A DNA stretch of 64,000 bases from Takakia lepidozioides (lineage: Eukaryota; Plantae; Bryophyta), in assembly GCA_030704615.1 (NCBI GenBank), contig CM060732.1:36828001-36892000 (forward strand), read 5' to 3'. A model generated the notes under the pieces. The model was not told where the DNA came from and did not search any database. It saw only the letters and a list, made by a program, of their open reading frames with translations. Positions 1 through 11,890 of the stretch are shown piece after piece. The position numbers and the translations under genes are program-made. Numbering within the stretch: the first letter of the stretch is position 1; every line of letters begins with the position of its first letter.

Positions 1-1599
1 ATGCTGAGCTACAATTCTCTTATGATCCCCGAGAGACCTGGCAATCTTCCTACGCCGCGACCACCCAGAAGCCCAGGGATGCGTACGGATTCAGTGGAGA
101 TTCCCAGTCGAAATATTACGGCAGGACGACCCAGGAGCCTGATTATGTGCATAGTCTCAGTGCATATGCCCACGACTCTTATTATCCCAACTACCCTAGC
201 GATCCCCAGGAGCGGCATGGTGCTTTATTCAGCCTTGACGCCTTCAATCCTGGCGACGAACCGGATCTCAAACGTACTCGGGATAACAGATACGAAGCAT
301 CTCAGTACGACATTTCCTACGACGCCCGGCATGGAGGAGATGATGAATTTGCTTTGCGAACCCGACCACGTGGAGAAAACAGAGATTCCTCTCGCCACCA
401 AGACAATATGGCCCAGCCCCATACGGAAAACTACGCTTCCAGGGGTTACTCCTCCAAAACAGCTGCTGCTTGGAGTATAGGAGGGTTTGGCACGGGACCC
501 TGGACTAGTGCTCATGCAACATTTTATGGTGGAGCTAACGCCGATGGCACTATGGGTACGTATCTGAAGTTACCTCTGTCGAGCTACCTATGTCCAGCCA
601 AGTATCTACACTAAATTTGCTGCAATTCTTGCAAAGGGCAGTGCTCGTTGTAAGCTGTGTTGTTTAATAGTTGGGCTTTTACCCGTTCTCTCGGACTGGT
701 TCAGGCCGGGAGTATTTTTCTCGATCTCCTTACCAGTAACTGTTTTCCCCTCGCCTCTCTCTCTCTCTCTCTCTCTCTCACAGACAGGTAAATCGTTTCT
801 TAGTTGGAACGGATATGAATTCGCGAATGATCATTGACCTTTATACCTTTCTTCTGCGCAGCTGGAGCTTGTGGATATGGAGATCTGTACAGTCAAGGCT
901 ACGGTGTGAACACGGCCGCGATGAGTACTGCCCTCTTCAATAATGGTCTTTCCTGTGGAGCTTGCTTTGAAATCAAGTGTGATCAAGTTAAATGGTGCCT
1001 GCCCGGCAACCCTTCAATCATGGTGACAGGGACTAACTTCTGCCCTCCCAACTATGCGTTGGCCAACAACAATGGTGGCTGGTGTAATCCACCACTGGAG
1101 CATTTCGATATGGCCGAACCTGCCTTCCTACAGATTGCTCTGTACCAAGCTGGAATCGTCCCTGTCTTGTACCGAAGGTAACATCACCAAACCATTCAAT
1201 TATATATGTTTGTGGGGCAACATAAACTGTCATTTTCCACTACCGTGCTCTAAACACTCTTCCATTGCTCACATGTTAAATGTTTCTGCTGGCAGAATTC
1301 CATGCACAAAGGCCGGAGGAGTCCGGTTCACCGTCAACGGAAACCCTTACTTCAATCTCGTTCTCATAACCAACGTGGGTGGATGCGGTGATGTGAGTTC
1401 CATTTCTATTATGGGATCCAACACAAACTGGATTCCAATGTCCAGAAACTGGGGCCAGAATTGGCAGTGTGGCACAGTGTTGACGGGACAAGCGCTCTCA
1501 TTCGTAGTTACCCTGAGCGATGGAAGCTCGCTGACGTCCATGAATGTAGCTCCACCTGACTGGCAGTTTGGTCAAACCTACGAAGGAAACCAATTCTGA
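1..1599 (+). CDS. EXPA: Alpha-expansin with long N-terminal extension, 5' end outside window; join(<3..555,862..1177,1296..1599)
   Basis: Motifs HATFYGG..GTM|[43 protein letters not shown] and [13 protein letters not shown] introns 556-861 and 1178-1295 lie at the conserved EXPA positions. The frame is open from base 3. Confidence 0.95.
755..779. repeat. (CT)n microsatellite in expansin intron 1
   Basis: Direct reading. Confidence 0.9.
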
Positions 1600-2494
1600 T
1601 CCACACGATTTGTGAAAACCCCAGATTCCACTCTCGTTCCAGTGTGTGATCATCAGGATTTTTCATGGGCCAGGATCGGCTCACATTCTTCTACCGAATC
1701 ATATATATACTTCCCATATGATTGTATGAACTTGATATACTTAGATGGAGAAGTTGGGACACTATTCAAATGGTAGCTGAGGTGAAGTTCGTCAGGGAGC
1801 CGCCCGCTTCTGAAGTGCAGAATTAAACATGGAATTTAAACTGAAGTAGCTACGGTGTGTTGGCTTTCCGCCCATACAGAAAAGTTGCTAACTTAGATTC
1901 TGTCTTTCTAGATGTTGCACTTCACCGTGGACATTTTTCATATAATTAGGAGAAGGATCGACCCGAATTTGTCCGTTATGCTACATGGATTCTCAGGACT
2001 AAGAAAATCCATTTGCGAATGCGTAGGTTTCTCATTACTCTTGAAAGTGATCTGCTTTCAAGAATGATTGTAGCTTGCCATGTCCTGCAGGTCGTTGCCA
2101 TTGTGATACCTACATTTAAAGATTGACTTACACCTTGCAGCTGAGGAAGCTGGCAGATGATCCATTAGCATGATTTGACTCCTTGACTCGACAATCTCAA
2201 CTAGTGCTACGTATATGTAGAAAAATATGGTGTGACCTATAGTATTGATCACCCAACCAAAGAACCACGTCCACAAGCACAAGGAGGTTTTGTCAAATTT
2301 CCATGTGGAAAATAATGAAAATTTGCCAGGAACCTTCCGCCAACGTTAGATGAACGGTCATAGGCCTGTCTATCCCACAACTAAGTAGGGAATTTCGCAT
2401 TTCAACCATTCCCTGAGAAGACAACAGGGATTTTTGTTTTAAAAAAAAAAAGGGAAACACCTGGGAGCGACAGCCATAATGCGCCCTAGGGGCG

Positions 2495-2601
2495 CTTTGA
2501 TATTCCAGCTGGAATATAATCCACTTCCCAGGTGGTATTTCTTTGATATTCCAGCTGGAATATAATCCACTGTCCAGGTGGTACTTCTTTGATATTCCAG
2601 A
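2495..2601. repeat. 46-bp tandem repeat (about 2.3 copies) containing the 18-bp palindrome ATATTCCAGCTGGAATAT
   Basis: Palindrome at 2500-2517 and 2546-2563; partial third copy from 2592. Confidence 0.85.
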
Positions 2602-2764
2602 GGGTATTATAGTACACTTTCCATGTAGCTGAAAAGAACTGATACTTTTGAAGGGGAATAGCCAATTTACTGGCAAGAGCGATTTAGCTCAAGATCCAAT
2701 GTTGCAGTACTGAATGAGGCCCAAAGTTCTTTTAGAGTTTTAGGAGTATGTAAAATCAGACCTT

Positions 2765-2845
2765 CACCTTCATGACACACCAGATCGTGGTTTGAACCCA
2801 CAACCACATCCAACGTGGTATGTGCCCATTACATGCTGGTTGTCC
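2765..2845 (-). mobile_element. 5' half (tRNA-like head) of a putative SINE
   Basis: Starts exactly at the 13-bp duplication 2846-2858. A-box-like CAGCATGTAATGG (2838-2826) and B-box GGTTCAAACC (2798-2789). Confidence 0.5.
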
Positions 2846-4287
2846 AGCGGCAATACACATATGGAACCATATGGCCACTCGAACATTGACAAGTCGAACA
2901 CCATTTGAGGCATGGAATGGGAGAAAGTTGGGCATTTAAGAGTTTTTGGTTGCGATGCATTTATGCATGTTCCCAAGCAATTGAGGAAAAAGTTTGATCC
3001 AAAGGGTTTGAAGCTAAAGATGGTAAGATATTGCAGTGGCAGCAAAGCATATAGGCTTTTGGATCCAATCAAAAGACAAATAAAGGTGAGCAGGGATGTA
3101 ATTTTCCATGAGGTTCTTCGTCGTGGAAATCTTGTAGTTAGGGTTTTGGCTGGTGATCAAACCACTAAGGGCTTTTGTCAACAAAATCTTGAAGAGAAGG
3201 TTTTGGCTAACATAGGGTTTCAGCCAACAAAACCTGCACTTGAAAAAAGAAGCCATGGAGGCGAAATTACCATGAATGAAGCCATGATCGGAGCTGAGGC
3301 ACCGCAAGATGAGAAAGACTGCATTAATCCCGAGTTGGGATCAATGGAAGAGATATCAGAACCAGCTCCATCAGAGACCGAGGGAGAATTTGTCGTGTTA
3401 GTGGGAAATACCGCATCTGGGAACCTATTTGTAAAAGGAAGGAGAGATGGTGATGAAGTAAGAACAAGACCAGTGAGGAATAGGAGGCAGCCACCAAACC
3501 ATTATGGAGAGTGGTGGCAAGCAACTGGAAGAAAAGATTCACAAGCTTGGATAGTTGTGGAAGCAGACATGGGGACCATGGAAGAACCTGCATCGTTTCA
3601 TGAGGCAGCTCAATCAGCCCATGGGATCAGGGCCATGGACGAAGAATTATCATCGCTCCTAAAGAACAAGACATGGGAGGTAATACACCTGCCCCATGAT
3701 AGAAAAACCACAAACCAAAATGGGTATACAATACAAAAGTGAAGGCTGATGGTACAGTGACATGATATAAAGCACGTTTTATAGCAAAATGGTGTTCACA
3801 AATTGCTGGAATCGAGTCCGATGAGAAATTCTCACCCGTTGTCAAGTTTGATTCCATTCGAGTCATCCTAGCTAAAACTGCAGAGGAAGACATGGAGACA
3901 TTCAGTTTGATGTAAAGACTGTCTTCCTTAATGGAGATCTTCACGAGGAGATTTACATGGGCAGGCCGCCAGGTTATGTGGAGAAAAGACGAGAAAATAT
4001 AGTTTGGTATCTCAAAATAGTCTTTATGGGCTGAAGCAAACATCAAAGGCGTGGAATTCCATGTTTCATGAGTTCTTGGTGAGATATGAGCTCCAACCTA
4101 GCTCTGCAAATCCTTGTGTTTATTACAGCTCAAGGGGATCTAAGATCTTCACAACCATTTTTGTAGATGCTGGACTTGTATGCGGTGTTGATAGAGCAAT
4201 AGTCAATGAGATGAGGGATTATCTTAGTACGGCTTTTGAGGTTACTACAGTGAGGCAGAGTGCTATGTCGGACTTCAAATCACTCGT
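2846..4287 (+). mobile_element. Ty1/Copia pol 3' fragment (integrase C-terminus and RT), degenerate
   Basis: TPFEAW..HLRVFGC, RKKFDPKG, EPASFHEA, AMDEELSSL, SLYGLKQ..KAWN, degenerate YVDD (FVDA); frameshifts and stops. Confidence 0.9.
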
Positions 4288-4311
4288 CTTATTCCACCTT
4301 TGTATGTCCAG

Positions 4312-4649
4312 GAGAGTATCAAGACAAAGCATCCACAGTTGTTCTATGAGTCCAAGCTATACCGGATCTTTCAGGGATCGAGAAAGTAAGGAGTTGAGAT
4401 TATTGCAGAGTATTTCTTCTTTTACTTCAGTTTTTTTTTTTAATGTTTCCATCTGTTAGACTGATGGACAAGTTGATGATGTTTGTGTCCTCTGCAACTG
4501 GGATACCAAATATCCGATGGTTTGGTATAGAAGGAGACTACAATGTGTTGGTTTTGGATTTGTTGGGGCCAAGTCTAATTGACGACATTTTCAACTTCTG
4601 TAGTCGGAAGTTCTCCTTGAAGACTTTCATCATGCTTGCAAATGAGCTG
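4312..4649 (+). pseudogene. Casein kinase 1 gene fragment (two exons plus intron)
   Basis: Exon 4312-4385 reads ESIKTKHPQLFYESKLYRIFQG; exon 4498-4649 reads TGIPNIRWFGIEGDYNVLVLDLLGPSL..FNFCSRKFSLKT. Acceptor mutated (TGCAA); no other kinase exons nearby. Confidence 0.85.
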
Positions 4650-6087
4650 GTGAATGCATTTGGCCAGGTGGTCCTGATTTGTTGCCTCTTTTATGGGGTT
4701 TCCTTGCAATATGGCGGGAGATAAGATAAGGACATGTGATATATTTGGGAACAAGTGCAGGAAGTTGACTGTGGAGAAGTGAGGCTTACGGATTGTGTTT
4801 TGATGGCTCCTTCGGAGAATAGGCTTCAGCTATAGCTTTGCCACAGCCAACCACGAATATCTGATATCTAGGGGAAAAATCATACAAGAAGGGATCATTT
4901 CAACTCTTGAAGGCCAAAGTAGCATCTCACGCTCAAAATGATCAAACGTCCACGAAATCCTCTCTTTTGCTGATATAAGAATAAGCAGAAATCAACATTG
5001 CAGCATTTTGGTATGTACACTACAAGTTTTATTTTGTACTACAGTTCTTAAGAACACTTAGTAAATGTATAGAGATACTAATACTCCTAGACTGAGTATT
5101 TGAAGGTGACTGGAACACTCTGTAGTTTTGGATCTTTGGTAGGAGTTGCATTAAGAGAAAATCCATGTTTCAAGGCAATCTTGTAACACCTATCCTCTTT
5201 CAGGTGTTGATTGTCAGTAAGTTCCACACTGACCAGCTTCACTAAAGAAATGAGAATGCTAAGTGGGTTTTAATTCCCATTGCTTTCAATTATGTGAAGA
5301 ACTGATGCTGGTCTACTGTCTTTGTTTATTTCAGGAATTTCTGCCCGACACAATTTGATAATAAAGCTCATGTTAAAACAACCACCCTTGTTCTTGCTGG
5401 GCCTTTTGTGGACTATTGGTTATCAGATCAAAAGAGTTGACCTCTATGACTTCAATGACCCTTCAATTGTACGCATTCTTCTAAAAACCCTTGCAATTTT
5501 CTGGACTTGGTTTGATTTGATGTCTAGATATTACTCACTGCAACCTCTCTAGGCTATGCAGACTCTTATGAAGTTCTTTGGCTTACAGCATGTCAGTCCT
5601 CTATAAGCTTGAATTTATATAGTTCGTCGGTTTCAATGGCCACAAGGCTGGAACTTCCACACAGGCAACGGACAAAACAACGTCTTATGAACACATTATA
5701 TAGTTCAGTCGGAATCAGGTGCTGGTAAGTGGCCATAAAGTACTGACTGGATTTTGCTTAGCTGGGGGTTTCCACTTTTGAGGTCTTATGTGATGCAGAC
5801 GAGGTTGGCTCTAGTTTAGGTTACCAGAGCAGGTCACCAAGGTGTGCATGGGGTTCTCCAAGCATTGCCCAACCTAGCTGTCTTTGAACCATTATCATGG
5901 GCACTGTCCAACTAGCCTTGATGGTGTTATTGTCATAAATGGTCTGAAAATTCCCCTTAAAAATCTCTCTTGCTTTATCTCTGTATGTCTTTTTTTCCTC
6001 CCTCCTCTCTTGCCATTTGCATGTGTATTTAATACAAGAAGAAAGAATGACTACATATATGCTGGATGATTGCAAATTTGTTTGCAG

Positions 6088-8010
6088 ATGAAGCGAGATG
6101 TTGAAGTACTTACGAACTATGAAAAGCTACGGCTTGAAAACATCGAAAGGAACAATGCAAAGTTGCAAGAGCTCAACCTACCGCCCCTGCGACAGCCATT
6201 GAAGAAACCAAAGACATAGACAATCCCCGTGGATGAGAATACTGCAACAATAACAAATGACATAGAAGATGATTAGGTGTAGAAAGTGGCGATGCGTTTA
6301 TTTTGTGAGGGTTACAGGATGCCAGGTTCTGAAGATGCGAAAGTCTGCTCCTATTGTGGTTTGAAAAGAGTTACAAGGGCTCAATCAGTCACAGGGTTTA
6401 CTCAAAAAATACAGGTATGTTCCTTTTGCTAGAATCTTTGAACTCAAAGGCTCTGTATTGATTACTTGTATTGTTTATTTTGCAGGGACAACGTGCACCA
6501 TTGAACACCAAGGTGCCAACGTATGAGGCGTAGATTTTCCGGCCTCCTGCCACTCCCTTCCGTGAGCCCAACACCCCATATGGCAAAGAAGGACCTGGCA
6601 TTCCCCGTATCTCACAATGCTTCACAATTGTAGACTCGTGAAGGCTCATAGATGCCGGCCACTACTCCGAGGCCCCCAACCTTAGAGATGACGTGGATGC
6701 TCGCCTAGAGATTAAAAACATAATTTCTATGAAGCACGACACCCCGGCAACCCTTAGTTTTGGCTCCATCACATACAGGTGGCATCCGGAGGATATCTAC
6801 TTTGCCGCAAAGGAGATGTTGCATTACGCCCGAAAGAAGGACACGGGGAAGAAGGTCCTCATTTATCTTTTTCGATTTGTTTCATTTAGACTTGTTTATG
6901 CGAGTTTGAATGTGTCTTGAGTGTACCTATATGGTATAGCATACTGCATTGGAAAGCAACTTCTACTGTAGGCTCCTCGGGCAAAGACAGTTGCTGCAAT
7001 GAGTACCCACGGTGGTGGTGGTGGTGGAGGGAAGCCACCTTCTCCAGCTTTGGACAGGGGTTGCAACGTGGTAAGATTCTACTGCTAAGATGTTGTTTGT
7101 CTTTACCTTGTGGCCCAGTTTGGGTAGACCAAAATGGGGAAAGACACTTTTTGACCAGTAGTGGGACTTACTTTTTTTTTTCAAAGCCAAGGAGAATCTG
7201 TGCGAGAAGCTCATGCTGGGAAGAGAGTCCAGGTGTGTTTCATTTATGTGAGTTTGAATGTGTCTCGAGTGTACCTATATGGTATAGCATTATGCTGTGT
7301 GGTTTTGAACTTCTACTGTAGGCTCCTCGGGCGAAGACAGTTGTTGTAGTGAGCACCCATGGTGGTGGTGGTGATGGTGGTGGAGGGGAGCCACCTTCTT
7401 CAGCTTCGATGGCTGTCATGGTAATGGACGGTCCGGCCTTGAGTATAGGACATACTCGACCTCGGGACAAGGGTTGCAATGACCACGTAAGAAGTGAAAC
7501 TATTAACTAGACAGTTGATACATTCAGGTAGTTGATGGCTATTTATCCTGCAGAGGCTAAGGTTCAGCTGTAGACCAAAAGGGGGAAAGACACTTTCTGG
7601 CCAGTAGTGGGATTTATTTTTATTTTCAGAGCCAAAGAGAATCTGTGCGAAAAGCTCATAATCTGAAGAGAGTCCAGGTGTGTTTCATTTATGCGAGTTT
7701 GAATGTGTCACGAGTGTACATATATATGGTATAACATTCTCCTGTGTGGTTCTGAATTGCAAAGGAACCTTTACTGTAGGCTGAGGACAGGGGTTGCAAT
7801 AAAGAGAATACATTACCCTTCAAGGACATGGAGCGGGTAGTAATGCAAGGGTTTGGAACACATGACGTCGACTCCATGTATGGGAGGTTGACGAATTTCA
7901 TGCGTGCTGAAAATAAGAAGCAAGAATGAGAGAGATTCAAGGGTATCAAGTCTACGTTGAGCACTCATGAAAAAGTCGTGAAGGTGGCTGAGTATTTGCT
8001 GAGCACTTGA
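6088..8010 (+). pseudogene. Degraded multi-exon gene of unknown, possibly TE-related function
   Basis: Exon after TTTGCAG (6087) reads YEKLRLENIERNNAKLQELNL; further AG/GT-bounded exons carry in-frame stops. Confidence 0.4.
6895..7800 (+). repeat. Three diverged tandem copies of a 350-450-bp intron/exon module
   Basis: TTTATGYGAGTTTGAATGTGTC..GAGTGTAC..TACTGTAGGCT recurs near 6896, 7243 and 7688. Confidence 0.85.
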
Positions 8011-8099
8011 AAATGGTTACTGAAAGTGGTTGTCTCATTTTTGGTTGTAGAGTAGTCAAATCTCTGTAGGTTCATAGCTTATGTAATTCAGGACATGTG

Positions 8100-8230
8100 A
8101 GGTGCTACCAACCTCAATCTGATTAGGCAAACTGTCCCAATATTTGAGATTTGCTCGGCAGTAGCCCTTGGGGGTAAAGTGACTCCATAAGTTACGCTTC
8201 CTTCGGGAGGCGTTATACTTTTTTTTTTGG
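8100..8230 (+). mobile_element. 3' half of putative SINE (hairpin plus poly-T tail); left boundary uncertain
   Basis: Stem ACGCTTCC-TTCG-GGAGGCGT at 8194-8213 and T10 at 8219-8228, next to the 13-bp duplication 8231-8243. Confidence 0.45.
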
Positions 8231-10542
8231 GTGTATTGCCGCTCCTTTAGCTTCTGCCCAAAGCTCAGTATGTAGCTTAGTGGAAATAAGAATACTTATG
8301 GTACTGTCAACTATGGTCTTGTTGTCTCTTTCAGTGACCCCATTCTGTTAAGTAGTGTAAGGAGCGGTGGTTTCATGCACGATGCCTGCATTCTCAAGAT
8401 AACGTACAAAGTCTTTGCCCATATATTCCGCGCCTCAAACTGATCTTATTTTCTTGATCTTCGTGCCAAGATGGTTTCTACATGCTTCAGAAGTTTTTGA
8501 AAGCATGCAAACACATCTGATTTCTTCTTCATGAAGTAGACAATTCTAAAGCCACTTATGTCATCCTTAAACAACGCAAAATATTTGCTACCTCCAACTG
8601 AGGTCATGCTCATTGGTCCACACACGTCAGTGTGGAAGAACTCTCCAGGTCTCTCAGCCCGTTTCCTCTTTTGGTTGGTGGTGAAAGGAAGTCAATGTTC
8701 GTTCCCAAGTGCACATCCCTCACAGAAGACATCTGCTAGGCCTTCTTCTATAATCACTGTCAAACCTTCAGTCATCTCCTCCTTTTGCATCTTTCGTACT
8801 GCTGCAACATTCAAGTGCCCAAGTTGCTCATGCATGCCATAATTTCAACTCCCCACCATTTGGGGCCTGATCAACAGCTCCTGCTTTATCACTCCCTTCT
8901 GTTTCTGTCGTTGACACAGCTTGGTCTAGTACAATCACGCGAATATGAAGCTTATACAATTCGTGCTCTCTTTGCACCTGTCATGACCTTTGTTCCCTGA
9001 CCATCGATCAAACTACATCCTTCCTTCATATGTATAGTTTTGTTCCATTTGTCTGCTGCGCCCCGTCCAATGCTGAAAAGTTTTTTCTTCAATTCATGAA
9101 CGTAGAGTGCCTTCTTGATCTCTCCTGCCACGATCTTGTTTCCAACCTTACAACTTATTTCAATGTCACCAACACCGGCAACCCACAGCTTATGATCATC
9201 TACAACATGAACAGGCCAAGTACCGCTCCGATCCCTACAGGCGTTAGGTTTTTGAACCAGTCTCGTCTATCTGTCATATGCTCAGATGCACCTCCATCCA
9301 CATACCAAGCTTCTTTGTCCGATTGCTTACTTGATGTGGCAGCAAACGCAATACTCCCACTAGCAATGATGTTTGCTTGGCTTTTCTCTTTTATATTCTC
9401 TTCTGCTTTACATTCTCTTTCCCAATGACCCTTCTTTCCACACTTATTACATGTGGTCTTCCTCTTGAGCTCCTTTATGTACTCAAAATCCTCTCTTCTG
9501 TTGTTCCTATCTTGGCGGTTTCTGTCAATGGCCTTCACCAAAAAAGCCTCATCATCGTGTTCCCTCGATGCATCCATTACCTTACTCAGAGTCTCTTCTT
9601 TCAGCAATCTAGCGGTCAACCTCTCAATGGTCTGCTGAACATTTGGAAGGTTAATATCCCCTCGTTATCCCGAGCAGCATTTACATGGCGATAGCTTGAA
9701 GGTAGGCTACAAGTTATCTTTGTAACAATGGCTGAATCAATGGTTGTTTCATCCATATCATTTAGCTGCCGTGTCATGTCCTCAATCTTGCTGATGTGGC
9801 TAGCTATGCCATCGTCAGGTTGTATCTTAAACTCAAAGAAACGCTGCTGCAACACATGTTTGTTTTCCGATGCTGATTGCTCATGGATAATAATAAGTCG
9901 ACCCCACATGTCGTGGGCAGTCTTGCAATTGATCAGCCTTTGCAGATGCTTCTTACCTACTGCAGCACAAATAGACATCATTGCAGCATTGTTCTTGGTG
10001 TCTCAGGCTTGTTCAGTTCTCTCAGCTATCGCTACTACCCGAGTGTTTGACCCATCAACTATCCATAGAGGTTCATTAGCTCCTAAAACTATATGCATCT
10101 GAAGCTTCCACATCTGAAAAATTCCCCCATGGAAGCACGTAATGTGTGTAAAATCTTTTACATCTGCCCTAGTTCTCATTGATCTATGTGTGTCCAACTA
10201 CCGTGCTTAATCTAGCTCAGTGTGTATATCTAGCATAGATGCGGGCCCATAATATGATAAAAATTATGATGAGTACAATCAAATAGTGTGTATATTACTG
10301 CAACTATAAGGGAATAACTCATAATGCAAACCAAGAAGAAATGTTAGACATGGCACTATGAAAACGAGATGGATCTGCCTACAATCGTAAAGTTGGTGAG
10401 AGAGAGGACACCCACAAGTATATCACTAAGTCATAATAGGCACGGTGTAAAAATTAGTTCACAAACCAAGAAGTCTATCTACCAAGAAAGGATAAAGGCA
10501 CTAGTCACTAGTATTTGGAAGTCACTAGTCTAACGGCCAACA
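8231..10542 (-). mobile_element. Ty1/Copia 5' half: LTR, PBS, gag, protease, integrase N-terminus and core; degenerate
   Basis: UBN2-like gag, zinc knuckle CNKCGKKGHWEREC, protease WYVDGGASEHMT, integrase HTDVCGPM and TAPYT..NG..ER.N.T..LWAEA. Candidate LTR 10542-10255 (TGTTGG...TTATCA) is followed by TTATGGGCCC. Confidence 0.9.
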
Positions 10543-11427
10543 TAAAGTAATCTTACTGAAAATGAGTTGTGAGATGTCTGATTGCTGATTCACAAATTGT
10601 TTCTACAGATTTGTCATCACGTTTTTTTTTGTTTTTTTGTTTTTTTTCGTTAAATACGTACACTTACTAAGTTAGCAACATGAGACAAACAAAAGAGAGT
10701 TGAACAACGTTCCAGTCAAAGCAATTTGATGCACGGCCGATGGGCAATAAAATCTATGAGTTCGGTAACGTAACTGTCAAGTTTAGGATAATGCGAAGAG
10801 AGAGACATAGTAGCAAATCCTACTAATGGAAACTTGTTGGATGTTAGAGTAGAATTAGATGGGTGCAATGGAACCATTATCAATCTTGGAAGATGAGATT
10901 TTCTAGACAAAGACCTGATGGGTCACATGTAAGATTAGATGTTATAGTTGGCCAAGCTTTTTGGGATAGTAAATATTAAAAAGCTTACCAAAGCTTGAGC
11001 ACGTCAAGTGTTCACTTGAACTTGGTGTATTTCTCCATAGACATTGGGAGGTTGAGAATACGCGATTATCTCACGAAGAAGGGTGTTAGAAAATAGTTTC
11101 ATATTTAGCAAGTATAGAACATGACTAGCCTGTAGTGGAAGTTAGAGACACTAAAAATAAACTCTGTATTTGCAGAAATGATCTCACCAAGTTCAAGCGA
11201 ACATTTCAGTTTGATGTGCTTAGGCTTTGATTCACATATAATAAAAGTAGGTTTGAAATGGCAGTTTTTAGATATTGGTTTCAGCCTAGCTAACCTATAT
11301 AAGAAGCTCCGGACGAAGCCCGGCTAAAGATCAATTGTTCTTGCTATATGTGCTTCTATGGAAGTTGGGTGGAGAAGTGCTGTACAATTCTCAGTATTGA
11401 TCTATCTACTTGTAGCAAACCATGTCA

Positions 11428-11890
11428 AGCCATTTACAAGTGGCCTCAAAGAAGCGCTTGAAGCAGGTAGGAAGCGGCTTTAGATAAGACGCAGCTTGGG
11501 GTCAAGAACTGTTTTACCTTTGATTTTAAGCGCAGTCTCTTCGCTCCAAGGCGACACCTATCAGAAAATCATCCGCGTGTCTGATGTACTTGACCCGGAT
11601 CCAAACTAGCTTCCGTAATTCTAGATCGACGTGCCGTTTCCTTGTTCGTGTATTCCACTCTTTCTTAATCTGCTCTACTTCTTTGTCCAGTTGCCTAAAG
11701 TAGACATTAACATCCCTCACATGCATGCCTTCCGACACCCACAACACCCACCTTGAACACGCGCTTGAACATCCGTGTCAACATATCCATAAACTGTTGA
11801 TCCTGTATTTTCTGGATTATGAGTCATGAGCCTTTCCCGAATCCGACCTGACTCAAAGGAATCATCACACTTGTCAATATAAAACTTGTC
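11428..11890 (-). pseudogene. Partial degraded duplicate of the 3' end of the maturase-like gene at 16988-18988
   Basis: VYFRQLDKEVEQIKKEWN..VKYIRHADDFLIGV, plus the shared 3' flank (plus strand CATTTACAAGTGGCC..GAAGCAGGTAGGAAGC); frameshifts; YADD changed to HADD. Confidence 0.9.

Noticed and set aside
1-480. 159-aa ORF in frame 1
   Set aside because: It overlaps the expansin frame that leads into HATFYGG and has no recognisable motif.
2495-2601. CRISPR-like palindromic repeats
   Set aside because: The intervening sequences are near-identical rather than unique spacers, there are no cas genes, and the context is eukaryotic.
8194-8228. Rho-independent terminator-like hairpin plus T-run
   Set aside because: Plant nuclear context; better explained as the 3' end of a SINE-like insertion next to a target duplication.
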